This document shows positions 48,748-58,300 of a stretch of 64,000 nt of DNA, one piece after another. Numbering within the stretch: position 1 is the stretch's first letter; every line of letters starts with the position of its first letter. The stretch lies in assembly GCA_965242615.1 (NCBI GenBank), contig CBDESR010000005.1, positions 838,854 through 902,853 on the forward strand, in the 5' to 3' direction. Source of the DNA: Dehalococcoidia bacterium. GTDB taxonomy: Bacteria > Chloroflexota > Dehalococcoidia > Lucifugimonadales > UBA3495. Made by a program: the position numbers and the translations under genes. The notes beneath the pieces were generated by a model, which did not search any database, was not told where the DNA came from, and worked only from the letters and a program-made list of their open reading frames with translations.

Positions 48748-49151
48748 TCCCGGATAACGCCCCCATCCCTACGCTGACCAAGGCCATCACCCAGGACAGC
48801 ATTAACCGGTTCGAGTCCTGCGGCATCCTGGAACGGCAGAACATCCACAACGACCCGGAACTGGCGGCCCAACGGCTCGGCACCACCTACCCCATCGCCT
48901 CGGGGCGGATGTCCATAACCTTTGCCGCCGAAGCCCTGCGGAAGTTTTTCGGGCCGGAAGTCTTTAACCACACCGGCAGCGTCAACCTCAAGTTCCTGCG
49001 CCCGGTCAAGGGCGGCGATACCGTAACCGTCTCCGGCGCGGTTATCGACCAGCAGCCGGTTGAGCAGGGAACGCAGGTAACGGTGCAGGTGCAGTGCCAA
49101 AACCAGAACGGCGACACCACCGCCGTGGGGCAAGGTTCGGCCATAGTCTAG
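48732..49151 (+). CDS. MaoC-like dehydratase (hotdog fold)
   Basis: 139 aa. Sequence ...QNIHNDPELAAQRLGTTYPIASGRMS...VNLKFLRPVKGGDTVTVSG... Confidence 0.65.
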   Translation: MASQVIPDNAPIPTLTKAITQDSINRFESCGILERQNIHNDPELAAQRLGTTYPIASGRMSITFAAEALRKFFGPEVFNHTGSVNLKFLRPVKGGDTVTVSGAVIDQQPVEQGTQVTVQVQCQNQNGDTTAVGQGSAIV

Positions 49152-49322
49152 CGGCGGGCTGGGGTGGTTTTTCACCGGGGGAGACGGACGGCGGGATGCG
49201 GCGGGCTATTTAGCAGCGCAACTATCCCTTTCCCCGGTAACCGGGCCATTGCCCCGGCCGCCCAATTGCGCTACACTAACCCCCGTTGCCATCCCCATAC
49301 CCAGCAGCAAAAGGAGAGCGTT

Positions 49323-49625
49323 ATGGCCGGAGCAGAGTTCGGCAAGGTGGAAGTGGACATCGTCTATTGCGTCCCTTGAGGCTATCACGCAGTCGCCATG
49401 TGGCTGGCGGCCGAGTTTCTCAAGGGGGACAACCCCGGCGACATCGCCATCAAACTGACCCCAGCCGGCAATGGCCGCCTCGAGGTCTATCTGGACGGCG
49501 CCAAAATTTTCGACCGCAAGGAGGAGGACGGGGTGTATCCCAACCTGTCCCGGGCCAACGAGTTGAAAATGGAAATCGCCGAGAAAATTTTTGAGGTGGA
49601 CGAGGCGGTGGCGGCCGGCCGCTGA
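49323..49625 (+). CDS. SelW/Rdx-family thioredoxin-fold protein with in-frame UGA (probable selenocysteine, CVPU motif)
   Basis: ATG 49323 after AAGGAGAG. TGA at 49377-49379 joins ORF 49164..49379 and ORF 49398..49625 in one frame, giving MAGAEFGKVEVDIVYCVP-U-GYHAVAMWLAAEFLKGDNPGDIAIKLTPAGNGRLEVYLDGAKIFDRKEEDGVYP... Confidence 0.6.
49389..49411 (+). promoter_or_regulatory. Candidate bacterial SECIS stem-loop
   Basis: GCAGUCGCC-AUGU-GGCUGGCGGC is an imperfect hairpin with two bulges. It starts 10 nt after the UGA and has GU in the apical loop. Not model-tested. Confidence 0.3.
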
Positions 49626-49725
49626 TGCCCGGCCCGCCCCGCTAGTTCCCGGCCCAACCGTTCGGCATATCTACCGCCATTCCCGCCACCGTGGGAATGG
49701 CGGCAACATTGAGGGAGATAATATC

Positions 49726-50427
49726 GTGGCTAATCCCGAACATCTGGCGGCCGCCCGGCAGGGCCGGGAAGTCCTGGCGCAATGGGCGGCGGAACATCCC
49801 GATACGCCTTTGGATTTGTCCGGGGCTGACTTGTCCGGTCTCAACCTGGCGGGTGTCCGTTTGCGCCGCGCCAATCTGGAAGGGGCTGACCTGTCCCGCG
49901 CCCGGCTGACGCGCGCCAATCTTTCCGCCGCCAACCTGGCCGGGGCTAACCTGGAGAGCGCGGACTTGGGCCGGGCCGGAATGACCGGGGCCAATCTGGA
50001 GGGGGCTAACCTGACCAATGTCAATATGTTCTGGGCCGACGCCAAGCAGTCCAACGCTCGGGGGCTTATCCTGCGGGCGTCCCATCTAATGCGGGCATCC
50101 TTTATGTCCGCCGACCTGACTGGCGCCGACCTCAGCCAGACCACGATGATTGAGGCGGATTTGCGGAGCGCCAACCTGACGGCGGCCCGGTTTCAGGGGG
50201 CCAATATGAACGGGGCGGATTTGAGCCGGGCCACTATGGATGGGGCGGATTTTACCCTGGCGATGATTCGGGATTCCCTGTGGATTATGGCCGATATGCG
50301 GGGAGCCAACTTTGACAAAGCCAGCCTGCACCGTTCCGACCTGAATATGGCTAAATACGACGAAACTACCAAGTTTCCGCCGCACTTCGACCCCAACGAC
50401 ACCGGCTATAAGGATGTGCTGGATTAG
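49726..50427 (+). CDS. Pentapeptide-repeat protein
   Basis: GTG 49726, 8 nt after GAGGGAG. Long run of A(D/N)LxG pentapeptides (ADLSGLNLAGVRLRRANLEGADLSRARLTRANLSAANLAGANLESADL...). Confidence 0.8.
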   Translation: MANPEHLAAARQGREVLAQWAAEHPDTPLDLSGADLSGLNLAGVRLRRANLEGADLSRARLTRANLSAANLAGANLESADLGRAGMTGANLEGANLTNVNMFWADAKQSNARGLILRASHLMRASFMSADLTGADLSQTTMIEADLRSANLTAARFQGANMNGADLSRATMDGADFTLAMIRDSLWIMADMRGANFDKASLHRSDLNMAKYDETTKFPPHFDPNDTGYKDVLD

Positions 50428-50451
50428 GCGGTTCCGCCCGGCGACCGCCCC

Positions 50452-51018
50452 CTAATTAAGCAGCTTTTCCGGCACCGTGCGGTAGCCGCCCTTATATTCG
50501 CTGAAGTCGGATTGCACCGACAGTTGCGCCTCGTAACTGCCCGGCGGCAGGAAAGACACGGCGAAGTTCATCTGCGTCTGGCCGGCTTGGGCATTCTTGA
50601 CCACCGGCCCGTTCCATTCGGGCGCGCCCAGCAGCCGATAGCGGAAATAAACCGGCGTCGGCGCGCCGATGCAGCCCAGCCGCGCCGTAACTTTCAGGCG
50701 CGGCCGCGGGTCGGGAGTTTCCAGTTCCGGCACCGGCACATAGCGGCCCATGGCCACATAAGCCGACCGCACTTCCGGCCGGCAGCCGGGTGGTAGCGGC
50801 GTGGGCGTCGCCGGCGGCCCCGCTGTCGGTTCGGGCGTCGGTTCCGAAGTCAGCGGCGGGCCGTTAGGCGCAGCGGCAGGAGCGGCCGCTGCCGGTTCCC
50901 CGGCAACCGGAGACTCCGGCGCCGCCGTAGCCGCCGGGCCGCCGCGGCACGCTATGGCGGCCGCCATCAGCAGGCAAAGCGCAAAGAGCGATAGGGCGGT
51001 TCGAGTCATCAGCAACAT
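50452..51018 (-). CDS. Lipoprotein (hypothetical)
   Basis: Signal plus lipobox LMAAAIAC, a Pro/Ala-rich linker, then a roughly 100-aa beta-rich domain. Confidence 0.6.
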   Translation of the reverse strand: MLLMTRTALSLFALCLLMAAAIACRGGPAATAAPESPVAGEPAAAAPAAAPNGPPLTSEPTPEPTAGPPATPTPLPPGCRPEVRSAYVAMGRYVPVPELETPDPRPRLKVTARLGCIGAPTPVYFRYRLLGAPEWNGPVVKNAQAGQTQMNFAVSFLPPGSYEAQLSVQSDFSEYKGGYRTVPEKLLN

Positions 51019-51051
51019 CTGTGGCGCAGCTCCGGGCCGGCGGGATGAACC

Positions 51052-51648
51052 CTACCGCACCGGCACCGGCCGATCCGCTTTATGGGCGGCAATGGTTTCC
51101 GTATCCCAGAAACGGGAAAAGTGCAGCGCCCGGGGGCAGTGGCCGTAGGCTTCATCCACTTCCACCAGAATGCCTTGCAGATGATAGCCCCGCTCGTCCG
51201 GCTCGTACAAGGCAACTTCCACTTCCAGCTGCTGCAACTCGGCTTGGTCCACAATGCTGACCCGCCCGTTGACCCGCACCGTGTCGTTGACGCCGGGAAT
51301 CAGGAAAATCAGCCCCACATGGGGGTTGGCGTCCATATTCAGGTAGGACTGAAAGAGGCGGTTGCCGGCCACATCCGGCACCAGCAGATGGCGGTCGTCC
51401 AGCACCTTGACGAACCCCGGCTGGCCGCCCTTGGGCGAAGCGTCGCAGTTGCCGGCGGCGTCGCTGGTCGCCATCACCGCAAAGGGCGACTGGCGGATAA
51501 ACTCCTGCACAAAGGGCGTCATCCGATTGATGACCTTGGTAACGGCCCGCCCGTTGGGGTCGGGCGCGCCAAAGACGGCGGTAAAGCGGTTATCGTCGGT
51601 AATGGGATAAGGGGCTTGGGCCGGGTTGGCCTGGATGGTAGTAGTCAT
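51052..51648 (-). CDS. Pyridoxamine 5'-phosphate oxidase-family (FMN-binding split barrel) protein
   Basis: 198 aa, AAGGAG RBS. Sequence ...FIRQSPFAVMATSDAAGNCDASPKGGQPGFVKVLDD..., ...NPHVGLIFLIPGVNDTVRVNGRV. Confidence 0.7.
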   Translation of the reverse strand: MTTTIQANPAQAPYPITDDNRFTAVFGAPDPNGRAVTKVINRMTPFVQEFIRQSPFAVMATSDAAGNCDASPKGGQPGFVKVLDDRHLLVPDVAGNRLFQSYLNMDANPHVGLIFLIPGVNDTVRVNGRVSIVDQAELQQLEVEVALYEPDERGYHLQGILVEVDEAYGHCPRALHFSRFWDTETIAAHKADRPVPVR

Positions 51649-51688
51649 AAGCCGGCTCCTTTAAGGTTTTTTGCGATTGGGGGATAGT

Positions 51689-52858
51689 TTAACTGTCGGG
51701 AGGCAAGTCGCGCAACTCCCCCAACACCCGCTCCAGCCGCGCCGCCAGCAAGTCGATGTTGGCGGGGTCTGCGGCGTCTGCGTGGGAAATGGCGTAGGAA
51801 CGGATTCCAGTAGCATCAGCCCGCGTAGCAAACCCATCTTGGGAGAACTCGTTGATCCAGTTATCCAGCAGGTCCCGGAGATTTTCGGGAAGGCTCTCGA
51901 AAAACCCATCGGTGTTATTGCCGGCTCCAAAGAAAAACCCTTTCCGGCCTCCCCAGCCTACTGCCTCCGGCTCGTAAAGCCACGCCACAGCTATGGGCCT
52001 GTTCCAAGCGGGACAGCTTTGCCGAATGGTTATACTGCTGACCCTCCCCCGACAAGCAGCTCCATGCTCTTGAGCCACTTTGAATAGACGCCTAGCAGCA
52101 TCTTGAACTGCCGGGTCATCAAAGCTGTCTATAAAAGTCGCTTCGGTATGGCTAGGTTGAGAACCCGACCGTCGCTCCCGCGCAGCTACAGACTCAGGAG
52201 TCCGTCCAATAACCCGCGGCACCAAGGTACTGCCGGTTTCCCCCAAGAACTGCTTGATTTCCACCGCAAGCACGTTGATGTTGGTCATCTGTTCGTTGAG
52301 AAACTCCACCACCCGAGTCAGTTCATCAGGGATTCCATCAGCCACGAAAAGCAGGCACATCCGGCCAGCCCGCAGGTTATCATCTACCCGTTGCCAGAAA
52401 GAATCGGCGTCTGGTTCCTCTTTCAGTAGCTCAGCAAGCACTTCGTCCGGGGTTTGCCCGGCGGCGGAAACCCTTTCCTCAAAGGCTTGGCGGATGTCCC
52501 CAACACTCAAGGTCAGTTTGGCGTGGGCAGCATAGTCCAGCATCTGACCTACTATGGAACGGCGGATCTCCGAATTGTCCCGCCGTTTAACTTCCACCAA
52601 AGTAGGAATAGCGTCTTGGTCAATGAACAGGTGGTCAACATACCAGCGATGACTACCGCCGACGGTGTCGGCGATGCCCTGCTCTTGGCGAATCAGGATG
52701 AACCGACGGGGATTGTCCGGGTTCATCTGCTCCCCGGACAGTAGATAGGGATAGTCGGCTACCAATTTCTGCAAATCGGCCTCCGCGTCAAAAGGTTTTT
52801 CCTGCATCTGCTCAGGCCGGCCTTGCGGGTTCAAGTGGTAAATGTGCTGCTGGGTCAA
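51689..52858 (-). CDS. NucS/DUF91-like PD-(D/E)XK nuclease fused to unknown domain X (copy 3)
   Basis: 389 aa. TTG 52858 (AGGAGG 10 nt upstream) or ATG 52807. Sequence ...RWYVDHLFIDQDAIPTLVEVKRRDNSEIRRSIVGQMLDYAAH... The C-terminal ~150 aa are homologous to 52873..53346 and 53408..53989. Confidence 0.65.
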   Translation of the reverse strand: MTQQHIYHLNPQGRPEQMQEKPFDAEADLQKLVADYPYLLSGEQMNPDNPRRFILIRQEQGIADTVGGSHRWYVDHLFIDQDAIPTLVEVKRRDNSEIRRSIVGQMLDYAAHAKLTLSVGDIRQAFEERVSAAGQTPDEVLAELLKEEPDADSFWQRVDDNLRAGRMCLLFVADGIPDELTRVVEFLNEQMTNINVLAVEIKQFLGETGSTLVPRVIGRTPESVAARERRSGSQPSHTEATFIDSFDDPAVQDAARRLFKVAQEHGAACRGRVSSITIRQSCPAWNRPIAVAWLYEPEAVGWGGRKGFFFGAGNNTDGFFESLPENLRDLLDNWINEFSQDGFATRADATGIRSYAISHADAADPANIDLLAARLERVLGELRDLPPDS

Positions 52859-52872
52859 GGGGGTTTGGCCTC

Positions 52873-53346
52873 CTATGCCGGTTCAAGGGTTCGCAAGGCT
52901 ACCAAGACGTTTTTCAGCCGCTCAGCCAAGTCGTCGATATGGTGGGCGGCGGTATCGTGGCCTATGCTCCACGCGTCAAGCCCCGCGCTGGACGCCGGCG
53001 ACGCGTCAGGAAAGTTTGCGAAAGAGTCGGCCCAATTGTCCAGAACCCGGCGGATATAGGCCGGCACATTCTCATAGCTCCGTCCGCCCGTACCGGCACC
53101 AAAGGAAAAGTTATGGGCAGTATGGAATCCGCCGGAATCGGGCGGGAAAAGCCAAGCGACCGAAAGCGGCAACCGCCATCCGGGGACGTAGCAGCGTAAG
53201 CTGATGCCGGTATCGCCGCGGTTAACAAAGCCGCCGTTTTCTATGGCAACTTCCATCAACCGCTCAGCGGCCTGCCTGGCTTGCGGGCTAGGCATCCTGT
53301 CCAAGAACTCGGGAATGGTTATTTTGGGGCGGTGGGGAGTAGTCAA
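52873..53346 (-). CDS. Stand-alone domain X protein (copy 2), hypothetical
   Basis: 157 aa. TTG 53346, 6 nt after AGGAGG. Sequence MTTPHRPKITIPEFLDRMPSPQARQAAERLMEVAIENGGFVNRGDTGISLRCYVPGWRLPLSVAWLFPP... Confidence 0.6.
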   Translation of the reverse strand: MTTPHRPKITIPEFLDRMPSPQARQAAERLMEVAIENGGFVNRGDTGISLRCYVPGWRLPLSVAWLFPPDSGGFHTAHNFSFGAGTGGRSYENVPAYIRRVLDNWADSFANFPDASPASSAGLDAWSIGHDTAAHHIDDLAERLKNVLVALRTLEPA

Positions 53347-53407
53347 TTGCTTCCTCCTTGGAATAGGGTGCGAATGTAACGCAGTCTAACAAATGTGATT
53401 GGAGTAT

Positions 53408-53989
53408 TCAACCGTCCAAGCCAAGATACGCCTTCACTTCCGCAGAGGAATAGACCCTTTCCTTGCCTTGCCGAATCCGCTCCAAAATTTCTACGGCTTG
53501 GTAGTAATCCTCCCGGGCCTCCGAGTCCAGCATTTGCAAAGCCGCCAGCACGCCCCGCAGCCGGGCCGCCAGTTCGTCGCCGTGTTTAACGGCGGCGGCG
53601 TGGCTTACCGCCCAAGCGGAGACGCCGGTCGAGGATACATCGCAGGCATAAGGCGTCTGGGCAAAGGAATCGGCCCAATCTTTCAGTACCTGACGGACTT
53701 CGGCCGGCAGGCTTTCCGGCCCTTTCCACAAGGTTTGTCGGCCAAAGGAAAATTCCCGGGTTTTCATCCAGCCCCGTTCCCCGGGGTACAGCCAAGCCAC
53801 GGAAATAGGGTTCGGCCAAGCCGGGCTGCTGGGATAGCGGATGCTGATGCCGGCATCTCCCCGATAAATAATCCCGCCGCTCTCCCGGGCCACCTCCAGC
53901 AGCCGCGCGGCGGTCTGCCTGGCTTGCGGGCTGGGCATCCGCTCCAGAAACTCGGGAATGGTTATACGATTGCGCTTCCTTTCCGCCAC
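53408..53989 (-). CDS. Domain X protein (copy 1) with short C-terminal helical tail, hypothetical
   Basis: ORF 53408..54043 trimmed to GTG 53989 (GGGAGGA 6 nt upstream). This aligns residue-for-residue with the start of copy 2 (AERKRNRITIPEFLERMPSPQARQ...). The tail is DSEAREDYYQAVEILERIRQGKERVYSSAEVKAYLGLDG. Confidence 0.55.
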   Translation of the reverse strand: MAERKRNRITIPEFLERMPSPQARQTAARLLEVARESGGIIYRGDAGISIRYPSSPAWPNPISVAWLYPGERGWMKTREFSFGRQTLWKGPESLPAEVRQVLKDWADSFAQTPYACDVSSTGVSAWAVSHAAAVKHGDELAARLRGVLAALQMLDSEAREDYYQAVEILERIRQGKERVYSSAEVKAYLGLDG

Positions 53990-54140
53990 TTTCCGTCCTC
54001 CCGCAAATAAGAGTGGAAACTTGGCATAATTTACCAGATACACCGGCCTTAATCAACCTTGCCCCCAATCCCCCCACACCTCCCGCCCCTTGTGCTAATA
54101 TATACCCGGCAAACGGGAATCGCCGCAAAGTTTAGGAGGT

Positions 54141-55340
54141 ATGGTTGGAATGAAGGCGCTTGACGGAGTGCGCGTGCTGGACTTGACCCGGGCTTTGGCC
54201 GGCCCCTTCTGCACGCTGATGCTGGGCGACTACGGGGCCGAAGTCATCAAAATCGAACTGCCGGGTACCGGCGACGACACCCGCCATTGGGGGCCGCCCT
54301 TTATCGGCGACGAAAGCGCCTACTTCCTTTCCATCAACCGCAACAAGCGCAGCCTGACCCTCAACTTCAAAGAGGAGCAGGCCCGGGAAATTTTCCGCCA
54401 ACTGGCCGCCGATGCCGATGTTATCGTCGAGAACTTTACCCCCGGCGTAATGGCTCGCTTCGGACTGGAATATGCCGCCATCCAGGCGGTCAATCCCCAA
54501 ATCATCTACTGCTCCATTTCCGGCTTCGGCCAGGATGGCCCCTACCAGAGCCGCCCGGCTTATGACCAGATTATGCAGGGCATCAGCGGACTGATGAGCA
54601 TTACCGGCGAACCCGGCGGCGACCCGCAAAAGGTAGGCGTAGCCGTTACCGACATCGGCTCCGGGATGTGGGCCGCCTTTGCCGTAATGTCCGCCCTGTA
54701 CCACCGGGCCCAGCACGGCGGCCCCGGCCAGTATATTGACATCTCGATGCTGGACGCGCAGGTGGCTTGGCTCACTTACCAAGCCGGCTACTACTTTGCC
54801 TACGGCCGCCCGCCGCAGCGGTTGGGCGCGGCCCATCCTACCCTGGTGCCGTACCAAGCCTTTATGGGGCAGGACGGCAAGTATCTGAATGTAGCGGTGG
54901 GTTCGGAACGGCTGTGGGCACGGTTCTGCCAAGGCATTAAGCGGCTGGACTTGAAAGACCGCCCGGAGTTCGCCACCAACGGCGCCCGGGTGGAAAACCG
55001 GGCTACCCTGGTGCCGTTGCTGCAATCGCATTTTCTGACCCGCCCGGCTGATGCTTGGGTCGCTGATTTGCATGAGTTCAGCGTGCCGGCCGGCCCCATC
55101 AACGATTTGGCCGATGTATTTGCCGACCCGCAAGTGTTGCACCGGGAGATGCTGCTGGAAATGCCCCATCCCACTTTGGGCGCTATCAAACAGACCGGCT
55201 TGCCGGTCAAGTTCGCCCAAACCCCCGGCGGCCTGGATTTGCCGCCGCCGCTGCTGGGCGAACACAACGCCGCCATCCTGCAAGAACTGGGCTACAGCGC
55301 CGCCGAAATCGCCGCTATGGAACAGCAAGGGGTCATCTGA
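54141..55340 (+). CDS. Family III CoA-transferase (CaiB/BaiF)
   Basis: 399 aa, AGGAGG RBS. Sequence ...LDGVRVLDLTRALAGPFCTLMLGDYGAEVIKIE... Confidence 0.85.
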   Translation: MVGMKALDGVRVLDLTRALAGPFCTLMLGDYGAEVIKIELPGTGDDTRHWGPPFIGDESAYFLSINRNKRSLTLNFKEEQAREIFRQLAADADVIVENFTPGVMARFGLEYAAIQAVNPQIIYCSISGFGQDGPYQSRPAYDQIMQGISGLMSITGEPGGDPQKVGVAVTDIGSGMWAAFAVMSALYHRAQHGGPGQYIDISMLDAQVAWLTYQAGYYFAYGRPPQRLGAAHPTLVPYQAFMGQDGKYLNVAVGSERLWARFCQGIKRLDLKDRPEFATNGARVENRATLVPLLQSHFLTRPADAWVADLHEFSVPAGPINDLADVFADPQVLHREMLLEMPHPTLGAIKQTGLPVKFAQTPGGLDLPPPLLGEHNAAILQELGYSAAEIAAMEQQGVI

Positions 55341-55375
55341 CTGCTTTTCTCCCGACTCGGCAAGGATAGTCGCTT

Positions 55376-58300
55376 ATGCCAACAGACTACGCCGCCATTA
55401 AAGCTGAAAACCTGCGATGGTACGGTGAGGGCATTGCCCACGTGGGCCCGCTAATGCTCTCCGAGCGGTATGCCGACCGGACTCATTTCATCTATGAACT
55501 CCTGCAAAACGCCGAGGATGCGTTGCGGCGGCGGGGTCGGGAATGGGATGGGCGGCGCACGGTGGAGTTTTCGCTGGACGCCAAGGGGCTGACGGTATCG
55601 CACTTTGGCAAACCTTTCGATGAGGCCGATGTTCAGGGCGTCTGCGGGATTGGCGAAAGCACCAAGGAGTATACCGACATCGGACGGTTTGGCATCGGCT
55701 TTAAGTCGGTTTACGCCTTTACCAAGGCTCCGGAGATTCACTCCGGAGAAGAATGTTTCGCCATTGACAAATACGTTCAGCCCCGGGCTGTAAAGAAAAT
55801 CAGCCTTGCCCCGGAAGAGACCAAAATCCGCATACCGTTCAATAAAGAGGACGAACCCCAGGCAAAAGAGAAAGTTCTTGCCGGGTTGCGGAGTTTGGGG
55901 CAACAGACTTTGCTTTTCCTGCGGGAGATTGAGGAAATAGCGTGGTCGGTGAACGGTAAGGAAGCCGGGCGTTACCGCCGCAGCGACGAGGTAGTGCCAT
56001 TCAACGGAGCCCGGAAAGTTAGGGTAGTCGGTTGGGACGACGTTTCGGATGAGATAACGGAAGATTGGCTTGTCTTTTCCCGCGAAGTTTTTCACGAAGA
56101 GAAAAGCGCGGGTCACGTCGAGATTGCTTTCGTGCTTGACCGGGGCGAGGATAACAGCCAAAACCCGACGGTGAAGAAAATAGAAGACTCCCAATTGGTT
56201 GTTTTCTTTCCAACTGCTTTGCCAACTCACCTCGGCTTTCTCCTGCAAGGTCCATACCGCACTACGCCTAGCCGGGACAATGTGCCGGAAAGGGATGATT
56301 GGAACCAGTATCTCGTAAGAGAGACAGCAACCCTGTTGGTGGAAGCCCTGAAGGGGCTGCGTAAGCTGGGCTTGCTCAGTATATCCGCCCTTGAGTGCTT
56401 GCCCCTGAGTTCCACCCTCTTTTCCGAAGGCCGACGCCTTGCTCCGCTATTTCAGTCGGTCAAGGATGCTTTACTGACCGAACGGTTGCTCCCTGCTCAT
56501 ACCAGGGGGTACATTACCGCTCGAAACGCCAAGTTGTCCCGCACCCAAGAATTGCGCTCTCTTATTGGACCGAAACAACTGGCTGCCTTGTTCCCGGATG
56601 AGAGCAAGCCGGCTTGGCTCAGCGATGATATTACCGCTAATCGGGCGTTTCTCTTGCGTAATTACCTCACTGAACAGCTCGAAGTTGCGGAAGTTACTAC
56701 AGAGTGGCTGATTCCCCGGCTGACGCGGGAATTCTTGGAGGCGCAGTCGGATGCGTGGATAGCGCGGCTGTATGAATTTCTGAACCGTCAGAGGTCACTC
56801 CTGAACCGGCTTCGTCCCCGGCCTCTGATCAGGCTGGAGGACGGTTCCCACACCGTAGCCTATGTTACTGAGAAGCCGCAAGCCTACCTCCCGGGCAATA
56901 ACTGGACGGGTTTTCGTACCGTAAAAAGGAGCGTATGCAAATCCACCAGTTCTCTGGCTTTTCTCAGGGCATTAGACCTCCGCACCCCCGACCCGGTTGA
57001 TGATGTCATTGCCAACATCATCCCCAAGTATATCAAGGACTCGGTTAATGTATCCGCCGCGGAATATCAGTCTGACCTTGAGCTTATGTTGACCGCCCTT
57101 GACACCGACTCCGCCGCTCAACGCAACAGCCTAATAGCCGGCCTACGGGAGGCCAAGTTTATTGCTGCGGTGGACGTTGTAAGCAGGGCTGGTCGATTCG
57201 TCAAGCCGAGGGAGGCTTACGTTCCTACCGAGCGACTGAAAGCGCTTTTCGAGGGTGTGCCGGGTGTCTTGATAGTGGACGATTCCAGGAGATACCTTCG
57301 GGGCGAGCGTATCCGTGGCCTGCTCCGCGCGGTGGGAACACCCGAGACCCTGCTCCCGTCTCCTGTAAAACCTTCGCTAACCGGGGAAGAAAAATTTGAG
57401 CTCAGGAACAAATCGTGGACTGCCGGTATTACTAGGGAAATATCGGTGCAAGACCATACCCTTATGGGTTTAGATTTGCTCTTGGCGACGCTATCCAATC
57501 TGCCCGTTGAGCAGGCAGTTTCCCGGGCCCAATTGCTTTGGCAGACATTGGGGACATTGCCCAATGCTGCGTTTAGCGGCACTTACCGGTGGGTGTATTA
57601 CGTCCAGAAAAGCGAGCAATTCCCGGCTCGTTTCATCAAAACGCTGAACGAAGTTGCTTGGGTTCCCGATGAACAGGGAGAACTTCACCGGCCCAGTGAA
57701 GTGGTTTTCAAGAATACCGGGTGGGAAGAAAACCCCTCCCTGTTCGCCAGGATTCCCTTTAAGCCGGATGTCCTCAACGAACTGGCAATAGAAGCCGGGA
57801 TCGAAGCGGACGCATTGGCTTTATTGAAAAGGCGCGGCATCACCACCGAGTCCCAACTTATAGCAATTCTCGGCACAATGGAAGCCGCGGCTGAAGTAGT
57901 GTCGCCCGATTCTCTGGCGGACAAGCCGGAACCGCAGCATCCGGTTGCGGTTCCGGTACCTGCCAGTCAAATTTCCACCCCACGCCCGGCGGCAACGTCT
58001 GGTAGTGGTCAAAACCAGACCAACGCTCAGTCTGGCAGCGGCGCGGTCAACCGCCCCACCGGTTACCGGGAGTTTGTTACCTACGTGAAAACCTCCCCCG
58101 ATGAAGCCGACGCAGACCCGGACGGGTTGACTCATCAGGCCCGAATGAGCTTGGAGAAAGAGGCAATTGCCTTTATCCTTTCCAAAGAGCCGAGCCTCCA
58201 ACGGACGCCGCCCGGCAATCCGGGATTTGACTTGTATGAAGCCGACGCGGATGGTCAAGCGGTGCGGTGGGTTGAGGTCAAGGCTATGTCCGGCACCTTC

